From the NCBI GenBank assembly GCA_002269645.1, contig NIVC01001666.1:189829-253828 (forward strand): 64,000 bases of DNA, given 5' to 3'. The DNA comes from Macrostomum lignano. Lineage: Eukaryota. The notes under the pieces are model-generated. The model worked only from the letters and a program-made list of their open reading frames with translations, had not been told where the DNA came from and made no database searches. How positions within the stretch are numbered: the first letter of the stretch is position 1; each line of letters begins with the position of its first letter. Positions 60,801-64,000 of this stretch are shown piece after piece. Made by a program: the position numbers and the translations under genes.

Positions 60801-63800
60801 ACAGACGTACCACAGTTCATTAGCAATGGCGATACTTTCTGTGTTCTGGATCCTCACTGCAGGTACACACATCTCGCCGGAACAACTACTCCAGGTGCTA
60901 AATATTCACTGACCCAGAGACACAAAAAAATGTTCAAGGACGCGTTGGAGGGCTTCCTACCAGGACGTCTGCAACAGGCTGGATGCACAATTTTTCGATT
61001 ACCCTTGAGAACTCCTGATCAAGCGGAAAAGTCCAAGATCTGCAGCTCTTCAGTCAGTAGCGCTATGATCGAAGAACTCTTCGAAGAATTCCGAAGTGAA
61101 ATTGCCAGCACAATGCTCTTTCTTACAAATGTCCGACGCATTACCTTGATGGAGGTGCACCTGGACGGAACGATCACAGAGATTTGTGTAGCGAATGCTC
61201 GAGCCTCGACATCAATAGGTGATTTTTCTGCATTCAATGCATCTTGTCGCAGCGTTGGCATGTCGCTGAAGCAGCCGGGTGCTGCACTGACCAGTTTGAC
61301 ATGCGACACCATTGCTTACACTCTGGAGATTAGCGAGAAAGCGGACAAATTGGGCAGTAAAAAACAAGGCTCTGTCGCTACTGAAAAATGGATGATAGCT
61401 CAGTGTGTGAGCCTGCCGCGGAATGGGCCTGCTGCTCAACTGAAGGAGCTTGAGAAGAGAGTTGCCGCTGGAGGCTGGCCAATCCTTCCAAAAGTAGGCG
61501 TCGCGGCCAGGCTGTCTAATCAGAGTACTCACAGAGATACGGAGATTTATCGCGTGTTCTCGCTTTTGCCACTGCCAATAAGCACGGAACTACCGGTTCA
61601 TATTAACGGTTGCTTTGTACTTGACCCGTCAAGGCGCGCTCTGTGGTGCGGTCATTCAGTGGACGCAGAGACGCAGTGGAACGATATGCTCACATGTGAA
61701 CTTCTTCCCCACTGCTATGCAACGATGCTAAACGCAATCAAACAGCAGCCTGACCTTTCACTTGATTGCTACTGCTCTTTGCTACCAAAACTAGGAGAAA
61801 GTAGTTCATTGTGGACCAAAATGGCAAATAGGTTGTATGGAGAGCTTCTGACAGGCCGATGGGCTCTGCTGCCATGCCAGTCTGGAGCGAATAGAACCGT
61901 TTCTTGGCTTCCACTTGCCACATCGGAGGAATCAGTTGACGGCAAGACATGCTTTTTAGTGGAAGCGCGAGCATACATAATCAGCGACCAGTGCTGATGC
62001 AGTTGGGTATTCCATTGATCGTTAAAAAGTTGGAACATTTAATATCGCGCTTTTGCATGTTTAACTGCAGTCGAGAAACAAAGAGCTACATTCCCGTTTT
62101 GAGTCCAGCAGTTTTGTCAAACTATCTAAATGGGCCACTGTGTGCAAGACTTCGCAGAGGGCTCCCAATGTCAGTGGAGGAAACCGCTTTCCAGAATGCA
62201 GAAAATGTCGCTTGTGTGATCGAATTCATTACGCGATCATACACGACGGCCTCAGATGCGCATAATGAAGTGCAACTGCTTACTGGAACTCCACTCAACT
62301 TGGCAGCTGACAATGTCCTTGAATTATTTTCAACAGAGAAAGCGGCATTCCTGACCTCATGGTCAGAACGAATTTTCTCCGATCCAAATGCTCGAAAAAT
62401 GTTTGCTCATAAACTCGTTCTAGATGTTTTTCTAAAAAATTTCGAGTTGTACAACAATGCAATCGAATCAAGACTTTTTAAAGAGTTTGAAATTGCTGAT
62501 TTCAGTGAGCTCCTTGCCAAGTTTTTCCCTAATTTAATCTGCTCAAGTAGACGCTTGATTCCTAACATAAACTCGACAGGTGATGTTTTGGTTTCTGACG
62601 ACTGGTTGAAAAATGTTTGGGAATTCCTTTCATCGAAAATACATTCTGAATCGCATGAGTTAAAAAAACTCTCTTGTTTATCTAATGCAGCTTTGCTTCC
62701 TATTGAATCGGGCTCAAATGACTCTTCTCAATCGAAACTTGCAACAGTTTCTCTTTTGCCGTGTGTTCTATGCGTAGATGGACGTGCATCGCTCAGCAAT
62801 CTAAACATCGATCTTCTCGCTGCTCTTGATGAGCTGCATTGTCCGAAAATCAACTCGGACAATTATTTCTTGCGGAGCCACTGCGGCTCGGTAGATCGAC
62901 CGGCTAAAATGCTCCGTGTTTTTAATTGTATTCTAATGAGCAAGTCACCTAGCAGCAGGCAAGCTTTCGTTGTTTTACAATACATCCAAGAAAACTGGCA
63001 GTCTTTGTTGTCGGCTTACAAAGTTGAGCAGCTGTGTACAATTGTAAAGAAGTTGCCGATATTCGTCACACTCGATGGTCAATGCGTCAGCGTAAGCGAC
63101 AAAACTGTCTACGTCTTGTCAGCTAAGATAGCCACCTCTGACATGCACTTATGGAAATTGGATCAATCTACGGTTTTACTTAAACAAGAAAACCAGCTAA
63201 AGAACCTGTTTACTTGCCTGAGCTTTTCCAATTTGGACCAATGGGGTGCGTATGCTGCTTTCATTTTGCCAGTGTTTTCTGAATTTTCTAACAGTACGAA
63301 GTTTCAACATATCGATATGCTTCAGAAGAAAGTTTCCCAGTTGTTGCCGGAACAAAAGCTGAGAGCTGAACAGAAGAATGTTTTGGCTCTTCTAAAATCC
63401 ACAGAGATTGTGTTCGCTCATGGCAGATGGCGTTTAGCCAGTGCGTTCTATGATGACAGCGTTGAACTCTTCAAGCATATTGTTCCGGAGGATGAGCTTT
63501 TGCCTTCACACTATCGACAGCAAAGTATGCGAAAGCTATTAAATCATGCTGGACTGATTTCCGAATGCTCAGAAGACCTACTCCTTTCGTTTGCTAAAAA
63601 TCTCGAAGAAGAGGGGCAGAGAAAATTTACGGCCGACGTAACAAAAAAATCTGAAGCCATAATATCGTACTTAAAACAACAGGTTCCGCTCTAAGTGATA
63701 GTTGCTTGGCGCCGCCTGGCAAACATTTCATTCGTTGTCTCTGATGAGCTCAATGAGCTACAGTCTCTTTTTGAAGTCAAGCAATCAAAAATGCTTAAGC

Positions 63801-64000
63801 TTAGAGACTCAGTTCGGTTCTCTAATAGATTTCTGTGCTGGACGGCAAGCACAATCTGTCCAGAGTACGTGAAGCAGATCAGTCAGCATTTTGGCAAGCT
63901 TGCAGTACGCCAGGTTCCCACTGCCGATGACTTCAAGAAGCACTTGAATAATTGCTTTCGAGCAGTTCTTTTCTGTCTGTGCGTCTATCAGAAGAAAATG
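57863..64000 (+). pseudogene. SACS: Sacsin-like gene, 3' exons 5-6 with multiple reading-frame lesions (pseudogenised or mis-assembled); continues past the window end
   Basis: Exon 57863-58548, then a large exon from 58805. Motifs FCFLPLP..PVLLNGAFALDSSRRHL, then a second SRR PFGQSENLTTRL..KELIQNADDAEAT..KTGRFGVGFNCVY..IFRLPLRT..FSLLPLP..PVHINGCF. Frame breaks at ~58416 (14-bp insertion), ~59221, ~60660 and ~61953, plus an in-frame TAA at 63692. Confidence 0.75.

Overview
Eukaryotic (animal) genomic DNA with GC-rich exons and introns packed with minisatellites. The style suggests a free-living flatworm such as Macrostomum, but this is inference only. Five host genes were reconstructed by hand from splice sites and recalled homology. 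(1) Transportin/karyopherin-beta2 (minus strand, runs off the window start) lies head-to-head with (2) a complete Tektin-2. (3) A single-exon PH+PTB (IRS/Dok-like) adaptor has a tyrosine-free tail. (4) An NFIL3/vrille-type bZIP factor has an unresolved start codon. (5) A sacsin-like gene runs off the window end. The ~12 kb fourth intron of the sacsin-like gene is mostly a head-to-tail array of non-autonomous Helitron-like elements. A 5'-truncated but ORF-intact LOA/Lian-type non-LTR retrotransposon (RT + RNase H) is nested in that array, in the sense orientation. Top hypothesis: the retroelement's truncated 5' end forms a canonical branch point, pyrimidine tract and AG in frame with sacsin exon 4. 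Splicing there would give a ~1050-aa GHKL-ATPase/RT/RNase H chimera, while all visible sacsin lesions lie downstream of the insertion. Also present are a mariner remnant, a tRNA-derived SINE and more than 25 tandem arrays. Most long ORFs in the supplied track are repeat artefacts. No rRNA, intact tRNA or CRISPR array was seen. No searches were run; family assignments rest on recognised motifs.
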